Sequence record: NC_024794.1
Reading direction: 5' to 3' (one strand)
DNA: 64,000 nt
From: Escherichia phage vB_EcoM_PhAPEC2
Shown here: positions 1 through 8,940 of the stretch, in pieces
Numbering within the stretch: the first letter of the stretch is position 1
How the letters are laid out: every line of letters starts with the position of its first letter
The notes under the pieces: model-generated
Databases searched by the model: none
The model's input: the letters and a program-made list of their open reading frames with translations, nothing else
Told to the model about the DNA's origin: nothing
Translations under genes and position numbers: made by a program

Positions 1-2214
1 TTATTTGGCCGCTTCCACGGCCTTCATGAATTTAACGATTTGAGCGACCTGTTCTTTGGAAAGAGTACCACGTCGTCCCATGTATTCTGACACAATATGA
101 TAATTGGTTTCGAATTCAATAACCATTTTATCATCATTATCGTAAGCATTATCTTTAAGCTTATCGAAAATTTTAGCACACAATTCTAACTTCCTGTTCA
201 GGTCTCTGTTATCAGCGCCTGCGAATCGATTCCATCCCCAACGATTATTTACTGTTGAAAGTTTTGCGAAATCTTTACTGATTTCTTTGTTCTTAGAGCT
301 AAAATACTTACTAAGAAAGTTAAGCTCTTCATTACGAGTAATATGATTCAAATAAGGCTGTGCTCTACGACTTGGTGATACATACTCATCATAATCTACT
401 TTATCGATTAGCATAATATAGTCATTAATTGATTTTTCAAACAAGCATTCTACTTCACCAAGTTTACGAACTTTCTTAGCAATCTGTGGGCGAACTACAG
501 TGAACTCTTTAATACCTGACAAATCAGCAATACGGGTCAAAAAATTGGAGTCATAGTTCAACCAACCTTTATCTGCGTCAAGACATTCAGCGTTAGAACG
601 ATTACGAATTACAACATAACCTTGAATCTCATCAGCTTTACTGGCCGGAATAAAGAGATCTTCTGATACCCAAACATCGTTTTCATTCTTAAAAAACCGA
701 TGAGCACTTGGGGATTTAGGACGAGGCTGCGATGAACGTTCTTTAACTTCAATCCATGGTTTAACTAATGCAAGAATTTCAGAGGTCTTATAAAATTTAA
801 GGCTATCACCAGCGAAAATAACCTTTAATCGTTCCAGAAGTTTCATTGCAACTTCATCTTCTGGGTTAATGAATAATACGCTACTACCCCATCCGGAAGG
901 AACCTTATCAACGAGTGTTGATGCATCGGTGGAAGTCAAAGCATCGTTCAGAGCACGCATCATTGGTACGCGGCCTTTCACATCGTCAATAACAATATCA
1001 ATATGCTTACGACTAATACCTAGCAGGCTATTAATTGAAATAGTTGCAGACGAGCTTCCGCTTTCACGAATACGACGAAGTCGTGGGTCTGAAACGATAT
1101 CATATACAACACCAAGGTTGCACCATTCGGGACCCATTTTAAAACGTTTGTACAACTCGGAATAAGTTAGTTGTTCTTTAGAATATTTCAGTGATTCAAT
1201 ATTAGAACCGGCTTTTTCCATGTATTTACGAGCAGAGTAACCAAGAGAATCGATTTCACGGAATACATGACGTGGATATTCACAATCAATCCATTTCTTA
1301 GAATCTTCAGCAAATAATTTTGCATCGATTTCTGCAACACGTTTATGGATATTTGCTACTGTGCGTTTATCAAATGACAATGCTTCACGAGACGGGGCTA
1401 CATCTAGTTCACCCATAGGGAATTTAATATAAGCTGTAGTGCATCGCGTCATCATCCATGTTTGTTCTTTAATAACACTTCCGATTGGATATACAATACC
1501 ACCATAAACAGCCATGATATTACCACGTTCACCCCATGGAGCTTCCTTGGCTAAATAAACATCATCGAATTCCGGGAAGTATTTGATATCTTTAACACCA
1601 CGAACTTCTGCGATATCACCTAGAGGACGCATAACATATGCAATTTCAGATGCGAACTTTTCAAAATCTTCTGGGTTAACCGGTACAACTACTTCTACAC
1701 CCGTACGGTCATCAGGACCCATCTTATCTACAAAGGTTGGCTTAATTTGTGGACCCGTGTCATCTTGGTAGATTACGTAACCACGAACTTCACCGTTGTG
1801 ATAAGACGTAAGGTTAAACGTATCGGTATATGCTAGTGGAGCTTTAGAGCCGAGTCCGAATCCACCAATGAAATCGTTACTCGATGTTTTAGTTGAAGCA
1901 AAATATGAGTTATAGATTCCTGGCTCTTCGTCATTACCTCGAATGGTGAAATCACTCATACCAGGACCAAAGTCTCGAACTACAAAACGTGGGTCTAAAC
2001 GACCTGGAGCCTGAACAATAAACTTATCAGTGCAACCATTAAGAATTTGACCATCGATACAGTTTGTGATTAATTCACGTACACAAGCCAATTCTTTGTT
2101 TGTATAAAGGTCATTAGACAAAATCTTATAAACTTTGCTATTGCCTTGAATAGTGAATGCTGTGCTCTTACCACCTGAACCAATAATCGTTTCTTTAGCC
2201 GTTTCAATAATCAT
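1..2214 (-). CDS. rIIA: rIIA protein (membrane-associated, N-terminal GHKL/HATPase-like fold)
   Basis: 737-aa ORF; N-terminus MIIETAKETIIGSGGKS...ELITNCIDG matches my memory of T4 rIIA; first gene of the conventional T4 map. Confidence 0.9.
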   Translation of the reverse strand: MIIETAKETIIGSGGKSTAFTIQGNSKVYKILSNDLYTNKELACVRELITNCIDGQILNGCTDKFIVQAPGRLDPRFVVRDFGPGMSDFTIRGNDEEPGIYNSYFASTKTSSNDFIGGFGLGSKAPLAYTDTFNLTSYHNGEVRGYVIYQDDTGPQIKPTFVDKMGPDDRTGVEVVVPVNPEDFEKFASEIAYVMRPLGDIAEVRGVKDIKYFPEFDDVYLAKEAPWGERGNIMAVYGGIVYPIGSVIKEQTWMMTRCTTAYIKFPMGELDVAPSREALSFDKRTVANIHKRVAEIDAKLFAEDSKKWIDCEYPRHVFREIDSLGYSARKYMEKAGSNIESLKYSKEQLTYSELYKRFKMGPEWCNLGVVYDIVSDPRLRRIRESGSSSATISINSLLGISRKHIDIVIDDVKGRVPMMRALNDALTSTDASTLVDKVPSGWGSSVLFINPEDEVAMKLLERLKVIFAGDSLKFYKTSEILALVKPWIEVKERSSQPRPKSPSAHRFFKNENDVWVSEDLFIPASKADEIQGYVVIRNRSNAECLDADKGWLNYDSNFLTRIADLSGIKEFTVVRPQIAKKVRKLGEVECLFEKSINDYIMLIDKVDYDEYVSPSRRAQPYLNHITRNEELNFLSKYFSSKNKEISKDFAKLSTVNNRWGWNRFAGADNRDLNRKLELCAKIFDKLKDNAYDNDDKMVIEFETNYHIVSEYMGRRGTLSKEQVAQIVKFMKAVEAAK

Positions 2215-2226
2215 ATTTTTCTCTCA

Positions 2227-2427
2227 TCACAAGTTACGTTTAAAAATTTCTGCTACTTCAAGAAGTTCTTCTTTAGTAGCTGTATCGGTTTGTATTTTAT
2301 ATCGAATTTCTTTAAAGCGTTCTTTAAAGGACTCTGCTGACTCGATATCAAAAAATCTTTGGATAAGACGGAATTCCCGGAGCACTGCTTTATCAAAAAG
2401 TTCCAAGTCCACGTTATATGTTCTCAT
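2227..2427 (-). CDS. hypothetical protein (rIIA.1 position)
   Basis: 66-aa ORF immediately upstream of rIIA, same strand. Confidence 0.5.
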   Translation of the reverse strand: MRTYNVDLELFDKAVLREFRLIQRFFDIESAESFKERFKEIRYKIQTDTATKEELLEVAEIFKRNL

Positions 2428-2519
2428 AATATTCTCTTCAGTAGATTCCTAGGGCACTATTACTAAAGACCATATAATTTATCATCTTATATGTAATAGT
2501 GCCTCAGGCTATTCAGGAT

Positions 2520-3620
2520 TTACGCTGTGAAGATTTTATCCCACATCGCAACAACTGCATCTCGATTATACTTCTTCCATACTGCTTCAGCACGTTTAAC
2601 TCGAGCTTCGTATGTGTCAGTGAATTCTAATACAGCTTTTGTGTAAAGCGCAACTACTTCTTTCTTAGGAGTAGAGGAATCAATTTCTACACGCACAGTA
2701 TCTGGGTCGTATTCGAATGTCGCATGAGGATAATCCTTAAAAACTAACTGGATTACAGGGACACCTTTAGAGATGGCTTCAATAGAACTATTCTCTACCG
2801 TACCTGTGTCAGGACACGTATTAATAAGTGCTTTAGCTGTTTTAAGACGTTCCATGATTTCACTGTGTGGAGCATCAATAATAACAGGATATTTAGCTGG
2901 TGGTGCCCATTTGCTTGGACAATAACCAATACCATTTTCGCCTAGTGCTTTAATTGCTTCAAGAGCAACATCAGTACGACGCATTTTAGTGTCATAACGT
3001 TGTGCACTAATAATCAGATCAGTCGCTGGAAGAACTTCAGGTTTCTCATTCAAACAAATAACCGGATAATCTTCGGCTTCAAACAATGGATTTGCTCGCC
3101 AATAATCATAATCAATTTTGTCAGTAAGAGCTGAAGTCATATGACAATATTTACGTTCAAATTCACGGAAGGCTTTAGTAGGAGCATAACTCTTACCACC
3201 ATTCTTATGAATTTGAATAGTCTGGTCCCAAATTTGAACAATGCCACGAGATACCGGTTCAAATGGTGTTGCCATAAAATTCTTATGAACTTTAGAGAGA
3301 CCTGCGTCTTTAATTGCCTGAACGGTTAGTTTAGTCGGTTCCATAGTAACAACAAAATCGTATTCATGGATGCCGGCTAGTTCAACAATCTTACGAGCCA
3401 TAGTATAACTCATACCTAGACTGAATTTTGTCAGATGACCAACAGGATGGTGTGTAACTTTCCAATCACCAAACGTGTCATTATCAAAGCCGATATAATC
3501 AATATCAGCACCGATGGATACAAGATATTTCAACACATTTAAATGTACTGCTTCAAGACCACCTTGTACACGGTCAGGGTTAAATGGGACTGCACGAGAT
3601 GGGATAAACATAACTTTCAT
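2520..3620 (-). CDS. GT-B (GT4-like) glycosyltransferase; candidate hmC sugar (arabinosyl) transferase
   Basis: 366 aa; C-terminal EX7E-like motif TGTVENSSIEAISKGVPVI typical of GT4 retaining glycosyltransferases; third ORF from the rIIA end, matching the position of the RB69 ORF003c-type transferase as I recall it. Confidence 0.6.
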   Translation of the reverse strand: MKVMFIPSRAVPFNPDRVQGGLEAVHLNVLKYLVSIGADIDYIGFDNDTFGDWKVTHHPVGHLTKFSLGMSYTMARKIVELAGIHEYDFVVTMEPTKLTVQAIKDAGLSKVHKNFMATPFEPVSRGIVQIWDQTIQIHKNGGKSYAPTKAFREFERKYCHMTSALTDKIDYDYWRANPLFEAEDYPVICLNEKPEVLPATDLIISAQRYDTKMRRTDVALEAIKALGENGIGYCPSKWAPPAKYPVIIDAPHSEIMERLKTAKALINTCPDTGTVENSSIEAISKGVPVIQLVFKDYPHATFEYDPDTVRVEIDSSTPKKEVVALYTKAVLEFTDTYEARVKRAEAVWKKYNRDAVVAMWDKIFTA

Positions 3621-3629
3621 AATTAAGCC

Positions 3630-3665
3630 TTATTAAAATTAAAATGAAGCTCCCGAAGGAGCTTA
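3630..3665 (-). terminator. intrinsic terminator after gene 39
   Basis: minus strand AAGCTCC-UUCG-GGAGCUU hairpin starting at the stop codon, then U-rich tract. Confidence 0.55.
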
Positions 3666-5480
3666 GGACATCCATTCTTTACGAAGTTCTGAATCATCAC
3701 CCAACAACATTTCAAAGAGTTCTTTCCAATTTTCAGGAAGTTTAACTACGTCGTACACAGGGTTCTGAATCATTTCACGATATTCTGACTTTTCAAGGGA
3801 GCCTAATCCCTTGATGTATCGAATACTATGCTTAGGCAGTGTATCTTTAACTTCTTCATACTCAGCTACAGTATAAAACCATTTTTGAGTTTTGCCAATT
3901 TGTGCAATAATTACAGGCGTTTTAACAAAGCGAATACGTCCTTGTTCAAACAATTCAGGCCAATTACTAAAGAAAGCAAGCAAAGCCGGATAGATACTTC
4001 CAAGACCGTCATGATCGGCATCGGTCATAATTGCAATATTACGATAGTTCGTATTCTCTGCCTTTTCACCAAGAATAAGACCTGTGATAGCACAGATATC
4101 AAAGAGCTCTTTGTTCTTCATCATATCGGCATATGACATACCCCAGCTATTCATCACCTTACCACGTAATGGGAATCCGCCATGTAGTTCACGGTCACGA
4201 ACATCAATGAGATAACCAATTGCCGAATCACCTTCTGTTAAGAACAATGTCGTATCTGCATCTTTACCACATTGGTTAGCTTTAATATGCTTATGAACCT
4301 TAGCTTTAGTTGCCTTTTTAGCTGCTTTAGTTTCTGCAGCCTTTTCTGCCGCCAATTTACGAGCTAATGCTGCTTCAACAATAGGCATAATCAAGGCTTC
4401 GTTTTTAAGAAGTGCCTGAGCAATTTTCTTAGCATCTAATTGGATATGATTACGAATATCACCATACGTTGACGTTAAACGTTCTTTAGTCTGAGAATCA
4501 AAACGCATGTTGCTCATGTCTCTAATAAACATCAACATTGTGAGGCATTCTTTAACACGAGCTTTAGTGACTTCAATACCCTTATATTTCTTTTTAATAC
4601 CCGGCAAAAGATGTTCGCAGATATCATCCATTACACATTCAACATGATGACCACCGTTTTTAGTATGGATGTTATTCACATAAGTTAAATGACGGAAGCC
4701 ATCTGGTGATGTTGTGAATGCTATAGAGACTTTATCATTTTCTTGAATGATGTTATCTTCACCAAATTGTTTAGCAAATCGTTTAAAATTACCATCAACC
4801 TTTTTACCATTAAATGTGAACTTGATATCAGGATAAACGACTGCTAATGTTTGAAGTCGGTCTAAAGTAATATCTAAATAAATTTGAGATAAATTATGCT
4901 CTTCAAATGAAGTGAAATCAGGAGTGAAGATTACTTTAGTGCCTTTACCTTTAGATTTCTTAGAAGACCATGATTTGTTTTCCATTCCATTTGAACAGTT
5001 AACAGTGATTTCATTTTCGCCATCTGACGTGATGCCTGTAAACAACGTAGAGAAGATATTAGTTAAACTACTCCCGACGCCATTCATACCACCAGTCTTG
5101 CGTTCAGAGTCATCACCAAAGTTACCACCAGCCTTTGGAATAGTCCAGGCTGCTACAGGCCCAGGAATTTGTTCACCTGTTTGGTCGGTAACTAAACCTT
5201 GAGGAATACCACGTCCGTTATCTTCCACCGAAACTTGATTATTTTTAATTTGCACATCAATTTTATTTGCAAACTTAAATGATGTACGAATAGCTTCATC
5301 AACCGAGTTGTCAATAATCTCATCGATTAATTTAACCAGACCAGGAACATATTCAACTTGTTGATATTTACCAAACAAAAAACGCTCATGTGCTTCTTTA
5401 GCCGAAGAACCAATATACATACCACTACGTTTCTTAATATGTTCTACATCTGACAATACCTTAATTTCATTTTTAATCAT
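3663..5480 (-). CDS. 39: DNA topoisomerase II large subunit (GyrB-like ATPase + Toprim), single uninterrupted ORF
   Basis: 605 aa; GHKL motif IDEIIDNSVDEA, Toprim LFLTEGDSAIGY; SD AGGAG before ATG; MotA-type middle promoter upstream. Confidence 0.9.
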   Translation of the reverse strand: MIKNEIKVLSDVEHIKKRSGMYIGSSAKEAHERFLFGKYQQVEYVPGLVKLIDEIIDNSVDEAIRTSFKFANKIDVQIKNNQVSVEDNGRGIPQGLVTDQTGEQIPGPVAAWTIPKAGGNFGDDSERKTGGMNGVGSSLTNIFSTLFTGITSDGENEITVNCSNGMENKSWSSKKSKGKGTKVIFTPDFTSFEEHNLSQIYLDITLDRLQTLAVVYPDIKFTFNGKKVDGNFKRFAKQFGEDNIIQENDKVSIAFTTSPDGFRHLTYVNNIHTKNGGHHVECVMDDICEHLLPGIKKKYKGIEVTKARVKECLTMLMFIRDMSNMRFDSQTKERLTSTYGDIRNHIQLDAKKIAQALLKNEALIMPIVEAALARKLAAEKAAETKAAKKATKAKVHKHIKANQCGKDADTTLFLTEGDSAIGYLIDVRDRELHGGFPLRGKVMNSWGMSYADMMKNKELFDICAITGLILGEKAENTNYRNIAIMTDADHDGLGSIYPALLAFFSNWPELFEQGRIRFVKTPVIIAQIGKTQKWFYTVAEYEEVKDTLPKHSIRYIKGLGSLEKSEYREMIQNPVYDVVKLPENWKELFEMLLGDDSELRKEWMS

Positions 5481-5499
5481 GTTGTCTCCTCGTTATGAA

Positions 5500-5531
5500 G
5501 GTATTCTATCATCCGAAATCTAAAGCAAAAA
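5500..5531 (-). promoter_or_regulatory. MotA-dependent middle promoter for gene 39
   Basis: minus strand TTTTGCTTTA (MotA box), 12 nt, TAGAAT, then SD and ATG; MotA box overlaps terminator U-tract. Confidence 0.6.
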
Positions 5532-5546
5532 GGGCCGAAGCCCTTA
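5524..5546 (-). terminator. intrinsic terminator
   Basis: minus strand AAGGGC-UUCG-GCCCUU followed by UUUUU. Confidence 0.6.
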
Positions 5547-5969
5547 TTTAAATTTAATTTTCTGAAGTGCATCAATTGCAGCCAAACGCCCTTGTTCACT
5601 TTTAACTGTAATGACCACATCGCCTGATACGATCACCGAACCATCAACAAATTCTATAGAACCTTTTTTGAAATCGACAGCTGTATCTGGTTCTGGAACT
5701 TCTTCAAAGAATTTAAATTCTGCACCATAAAGCAGAATATCACCTTGCATACTATGAATAGTTCGGCCATAATCGCCTACGGCTTCTACAGCAATAATCG
5801 AAACGCCGTAACCAATCATCTCTTCCACAATAAAATCTTTAGACAATAAAGTAGTATGCAGATTAGTATTAAGACGTTTACCAGTCGTATTAAGAAGTCT
5901 CAAGAAATTATCTTCCTGTCCTTTGATAATACGATATTTCTTACCAACTTCAAAACCTTTAAAAGCCAT
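5544..5969 (-). CDS. hypothetical protein
   Basis: 141-aa ORF with SD AAGAAGGG; followed by UUCG-hairpin terminator. Confidence 0.55.
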   Translation of the reverse strand: MAFKGFEVGKKYRIIKGQEDNFLRLLNTTGKRLNTNLHTTLLSKDFIVEEMIGYGVSIIAVEAVGDYGRTIHSMQGDILLYGAEFKFFEEVPEPDTAVDFKKGSIEFVDGSVIVSGDVVITVKSEQGRLAAIDALQKIKFK

Positions 5970-5971
5970 AA

Positions 5972-6151
5972 TTAACCCTTCTTAAGTAAGTCGTAAAAAC
6001 CACCGTTCACATGTTTAGGAGCAGAAGCCCGACGAGTAGACAGACGATGACATTCAGGGCAAACATCGTTTTCTCGTTCAGAAATCCTTTTAATTTTTTC
6101 ATATTCATGACCACAATCTTCAGATTGACATTTATAGTCGTATAACGGCAT
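5972..6151 (-). CDS. small zinc-ribbon protein (CxxC...CxxC)
   Basis: 59-aa ORF not in track (below 60 aa); [18 protein letters not shown]...CPECH; start overlaps upstream stop (TAATG). Confidence 0.45.
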   Translation of the reverse strand: MPLYDYKCQSEDCGHEYEKIKRISERENDVCPECHRLSTRRASAPKHVNGGFYDLLKKG

Positions 6152-6564
6152 TATTGTTCCTTAAAGTGAGCTTTCAACATTTGATACAAAGACCATGCCT
6201 GGTCGTTATTTTCGATAGTAATCGTCATCACAGGAAATTCAGACAATTCGTCAAGTTCACCAGAATCTTGCTCTTCAGACGCTTGATACGGATTTCCAAC
6301 TTCGTCAAAGAACTCTGCTTCGTTCGTGGAGAGCCAGATAAAGTTTTCATCAAGGATATCACCGCCTGTTGCGTATCCAACCATGCCAGTAGATGTCACA
6401 ATTTTAGTAGGACGTCCAAGATGGTCAACATCTAATACTTTAAATGGTTCCATGCCAAGACGTCGTGCATAAATCCCATTATCAGTGTGGTTTTTAATAA
6501 ACTCTTCTTGGACACGTTTATCTTTAAATTGGTACCATGAGTTAACGCGGAATTTATTAGCCAT
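6151..6564 (-). CDS. hypothetical protein
   Basis: track ORF 6151..6582; likely start at internal Met (MANKF) overlapping upstream stop as TAATG with SD AAGGAAA. Confidence 0.5.
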   Translation of the reverse strand: MANKFRVNSWYQFKDKRVQEEFIKNHTDNGIYARRLGMEPFKVLDVDHLGRPTKIVTSTGMVGYATGGDILDENFIWLSTNEAEFFDEVGNPYQASEEQDSGELDELSEFPVMTITIENNDQAWSLYQMLKAHFKEQ

Positions 6565-6791
6565 TAGTAAGTTTCCTTCCAATAAGTTGTACCATTTTCA
6601 GTGATTTCACGGAAGATACCATAGATAGGCATTTCATCACCGAGTTTTTCGTAAACGTAAACCACTTCAGTGTAGCATAAAAATTCAGTCCAGTTTTTCT
6701 GTACAACAACTAAATCAGGATTAAACAGAACATCTTCAAACTCATCGATGTTTGAATCAGTAGTTACGTTTTTAATGATTTGACGTTTCAT
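6564..6791 (-). CDS. hypothetical protein
   Basis: 75 aa, strong SD AAGAGGAGAA, early promoter upstream. Confidence 0.5.
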   Translation of the reverse strand: MKRQIIKNVTTDSNIDEFEDVLFNPDLVVVQKNWTEFLCYTEVVYVYEKLGDEMPIYGIFREITENGTTYWKETY

Positions 6792-6807
6792 AATATTCTC
6801 CTCTTGT

Positions 6808-6850
6808 TTTTGATAGGTCTATAGTATCATAGACCATAGTTGTTGTACAT
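6808..6850 (-). promoter_or_regulatory. early (sigma70-type) promoter
   Basis: minus strand TGTACA, 17 nt, TACTAT, then SD AAGAGGAGAA. Confidence 0.45.
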
Positions 6851-7374
6851 CATTTTAGCAAAATAAAATCAACTTGTTCTGCCAATGAACGTCTGAACAT
6901 TAATTGACAGCTTCCGAGGATGAAATCAGGTGCTTCATAGACCGCGATGTAGTATCCTTTAGCTTTCAAGAGTTCAACATCCACCTGGTCATCAAACCAT
7001 GCATAAACCGCGTCAACACTTTCAAATCCAAAATAGAACCCTTGAGCCCAATCTTCACTCAATTCAAATGTGTGCTCAATTCTATGGTATCTTAAGATAT
7101 TTTGTTCAAGGAGTTTGTCTTCATTTACTGTAGGACGATTAGGGACATTATAGTTGTCGCCGTGATGGTAGAAGTTACCTGAGATTATTCCATGTTTATC
7201 AAGGAACTCCCATGTTTCTTCAGAGTTGTCGGTGCCTGACCAACCGTATGGCGAACGAGGTTCTTTATTCCAAGAGGTTTCCCAAATTCTGACGGCTTTA
7301 CCGTCTTCGATAGCAATTCCTGGTAATGATTCACGTTGAGTACAAAAACTACGTTCTACGCGGTAAACTAACAT
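6850..7374 (-). CDS. hypothetical protein
   Basis: track ORF 6850..7431 reads through a promoter; SD GGAGAA precedes internal ATG (MLVYRVERSF). Confidence 0.6.
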   Translation of the reverse strand: MLVYRVERSFCTQRESLPGIAIEDGKAVRIWETSWNKEPRSPYGWSGTDNSEETWEFLDKHGIISGNFYHHGDNYNVPNRPTVNEDKLLEQNILRYHRIEHTFELSEDWAQGFYFGFESVDAVYAWFDDQVDVELLKAKGYYIAVYEAPDFILGSCQLMFRRSLAEQVDFILLK

Positions 7375-7394
7375 ATTATTCTCCTCTGGTTGAT

Positions 7395-7431
7395 ATGGAT
7401 ATAATACCAAAACCAGAGGAGAAGTAAACAA
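7395..7431 (-). promoter_or_regulatory. early promoter with anti-SD spacer
   Basis: minus strand GTTTAC, TTCTCCTCTGGTTTTGG, TATTAT; spacer is reverse complement of the downstream SD region. Confidence 0.55.
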
Positions 7432-7433
7432 CT

Positions 7434-7853
7434 TTATGCGAAAGCAGCTGGGCTATATTTTTTAATTTGGAATTCAGGAACTACCATGAACTGTCCAGCG
7501 AAAACGATGTTATAAAGCTTAACACCATCTTCTACCCAACGGTCGCTAATAAATCCAGCGATTTGCTTAGTTTTCCACGGTGTTCCATCAGTTGCCGCAG
7601 CAATAGTGAATTCATGGTCTTTTTCAACAGAAACTGATCTGCATAGTCCCCATTTGAACGCTTTTTCTTCCGGTTCAATGAACTGGCTTGAGACGTAGCC
7701 AATATTACCATTAGCATCACGAACTTTAACTTGGTTACGACCAAAAACCGGATCACTCACAGAAAGAACTTCAACCAACTTCCCGGCAACTTTAGAGCGA
7801 GAAGCAACAGATACATATACGTAATCACCTGTAGAGAGATTTACAATATTCAT
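7434..7853 (-). CDS. hypothetical protein, tandem paralog family member A
   Basis: 139 aa; shares C-terminal block GFISDRWVEDGVKLYNIVFAGQF with the two following ORFs. Confidence 0.6.
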   Translation of the reverse strand: MNIVNLSTGDYVYVSVASRSKVAGKLVEVLSVSDPVFGRNQVKVRDANGNIGYVSSQFIEPEEKAFKWGLCRSVSVEKDHEFTIAAATDGTPWKTKQIAGFISDRWVEDGVKLYNIVFAGQFMVVPEFQIKKYSPAAFA

Positions 7854-7862
7854 AATAATTCC

Positions 7863-8318
7863 TTAAGCTTTACGAGGAGACACATAGCGAGTGATTTCAG
7901 ATTCTTTAACAACTCGGAAGTCACCTAAGAATACGATATTATATAACTTTTCACCATCTTCAACCCATTGGTCACTAATGAAGCCACACATAGTATCAGT
8001 TTTGCTTGGATAACCGTATTCATCGATGAAGTCAAATTCTTTATCAGTCTGGAATTCAACACCTTTACACAAGGCCCATTTGAACTGTACATTAGGCTCA
8101 GTAGAAGCAAAAGCACCACTCACACGAGTTTCCAGGAATTTAGGACTTACGTAAGCGTACTGAGTATCCTGACGTCCAAAACTAGGAATGATTCGAACTT
8201 TAACTTCTTTAATACGTCCCGTGCCATTTGTGCGAAGTCCGACAACTTCAACCAGACGACCTGCGGCTTTAGAACGGGATGCAGTTGATACACGCTTAAT
8301 TTCACCAATAGTAATCAT
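7863..8318 (-). CDS. hypothetical protein, tandem paralog family member B
   Basis: track ORF 7863..8381; real start likely MITIGEIKRV; conserved VSTASRSKAAGRLVEV and GFISDQWVEDGEKLYNIVFLGDF blocks. Confidence 0.6.
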   Translation of the reverse strand: MITIGEIKRVSTASRSKAAGRLVEVVGLRTNGTGRIKEVKVRIIPSFGRQDTQYAYVSPKFLETRVSGAFASTEPNVQFKWALCKGVEFQTDKEFDFIDEYGYPSKTDTMCGFISDQWVEDGEKLYNIVFLGDFRVVKESEITRYVSPRKA

Positions 8319-8345
8319 AATTTCTCTCTCTTTGTTTAAATTGAA

Positions 8346-8380
8346 TTCACTATACTCCATCCATCCTTGGATGTACAACA
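8346..8380 (-). promoter_or_regulatory. early promoter (cassette variant)
   Basis: minus strand TTGTAC, ATCCAAGGATGGATGGAG, TATAGT. Confidence 0.45.
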
Positions 8381-8875
8381 TTAATTAAGGATATTAACCA
8401 CAGCACTACGCGGAACTACACTAAAATCACCTGCATGAACTACGTTCAGAAGTTCAACACCGTCTTCAATCCACTGATCAGTTACCCATCCACTCACTGG
8501 ACCTGCAAACGGACGATGAATTGAAACAGCTTTACACAACAAATCAGTAGGCTCAATAGGCTTAATCAGAGTACCGTACATACAAGCGATATCCATATCA
8601 ATACAGATGTCTTTAACGGGTTCTACTTCTTCAATCAACAGTTCAAAGTCGGTGCTTGGAAGGGCGGTAGTAGAAATTGTACCATATGAATTTTTAATTT
8701 CTAAGAATAACCAAGGACCTTCAGCTTGTTTGATGAAGTTAACAATAGTGAAACTATTACCTTGAGTGGCACCTAAAATTTCACAAAACTTTTCATAAGC
8801 TCGCACTGAAGCACCGTACCAGTTGATTTGTTTTTCGTCTTTCAGGATGTAAGTAGCCGTAGTATTGATATTCAT
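8381..8875 (-). CDS. hypothetical protein, tandem paralog family member C (divergent N-terminus)
   Basis: track ORF 8381..8917; start moved to MNINTTATY because the upstream Met lies inside the promoter; C-terminal GWVTDQWIEDGVELLNVVHAGDF. Confidence 0.55.
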   Translation of the reverse strand: MNINTTATYILKDEKQINWYGASVRAYEKFCEILGATQGNSFTIVNFIKQAEGPWLFLEIKNSYGTISTTALPSTDFELLIEEVEPVKDICIDMDIACMYGTLIKPIEPTDLLCKAVSIHRPFAGPVSGWVTDQWIEDGVELLNVVHAGDFSVVPRSAVVNILN

Positions 8876-8899
8876 AATGGTTTCCCGTTTGGTTAAGAT

Positions 8900-8936
8900 A
8901 GAAAGATTATACTCCAACCATCCTTGGTTGTAAACC
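8900..8936 (-). promoter_or_regulatory. early promoter (duplicated cassette copy 1)
   Basis: minus strand GTTTAC, AACCAAGGATGGTTGGAG, TATAAT. Confidence 0.55.
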
Positions 8937-8940
8937 GGTT

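Noticed and set aside
869-1165. Plus-strand track ORFs lying entirely inside minus-strand genes (for example 869..1165, 31624..32064, 37568..38056, 53559..53915)
   Set aside because: Antisense to well-supported genes, no SD sequences, low-complexity translations; treated as frame artefacts of AT-rich DNA.
7375-7431. N-terminal extensions of several track ORFs (for example 6850..7431, 7863..8381, 8381..8917, 54041..54316, 57126..57344, 63436..63861)
   Set aside because: The extensions read straight through -35/-10 promoter elements or begin at TTG; an internal ATG with a good SD follows, so shorter genes were called.
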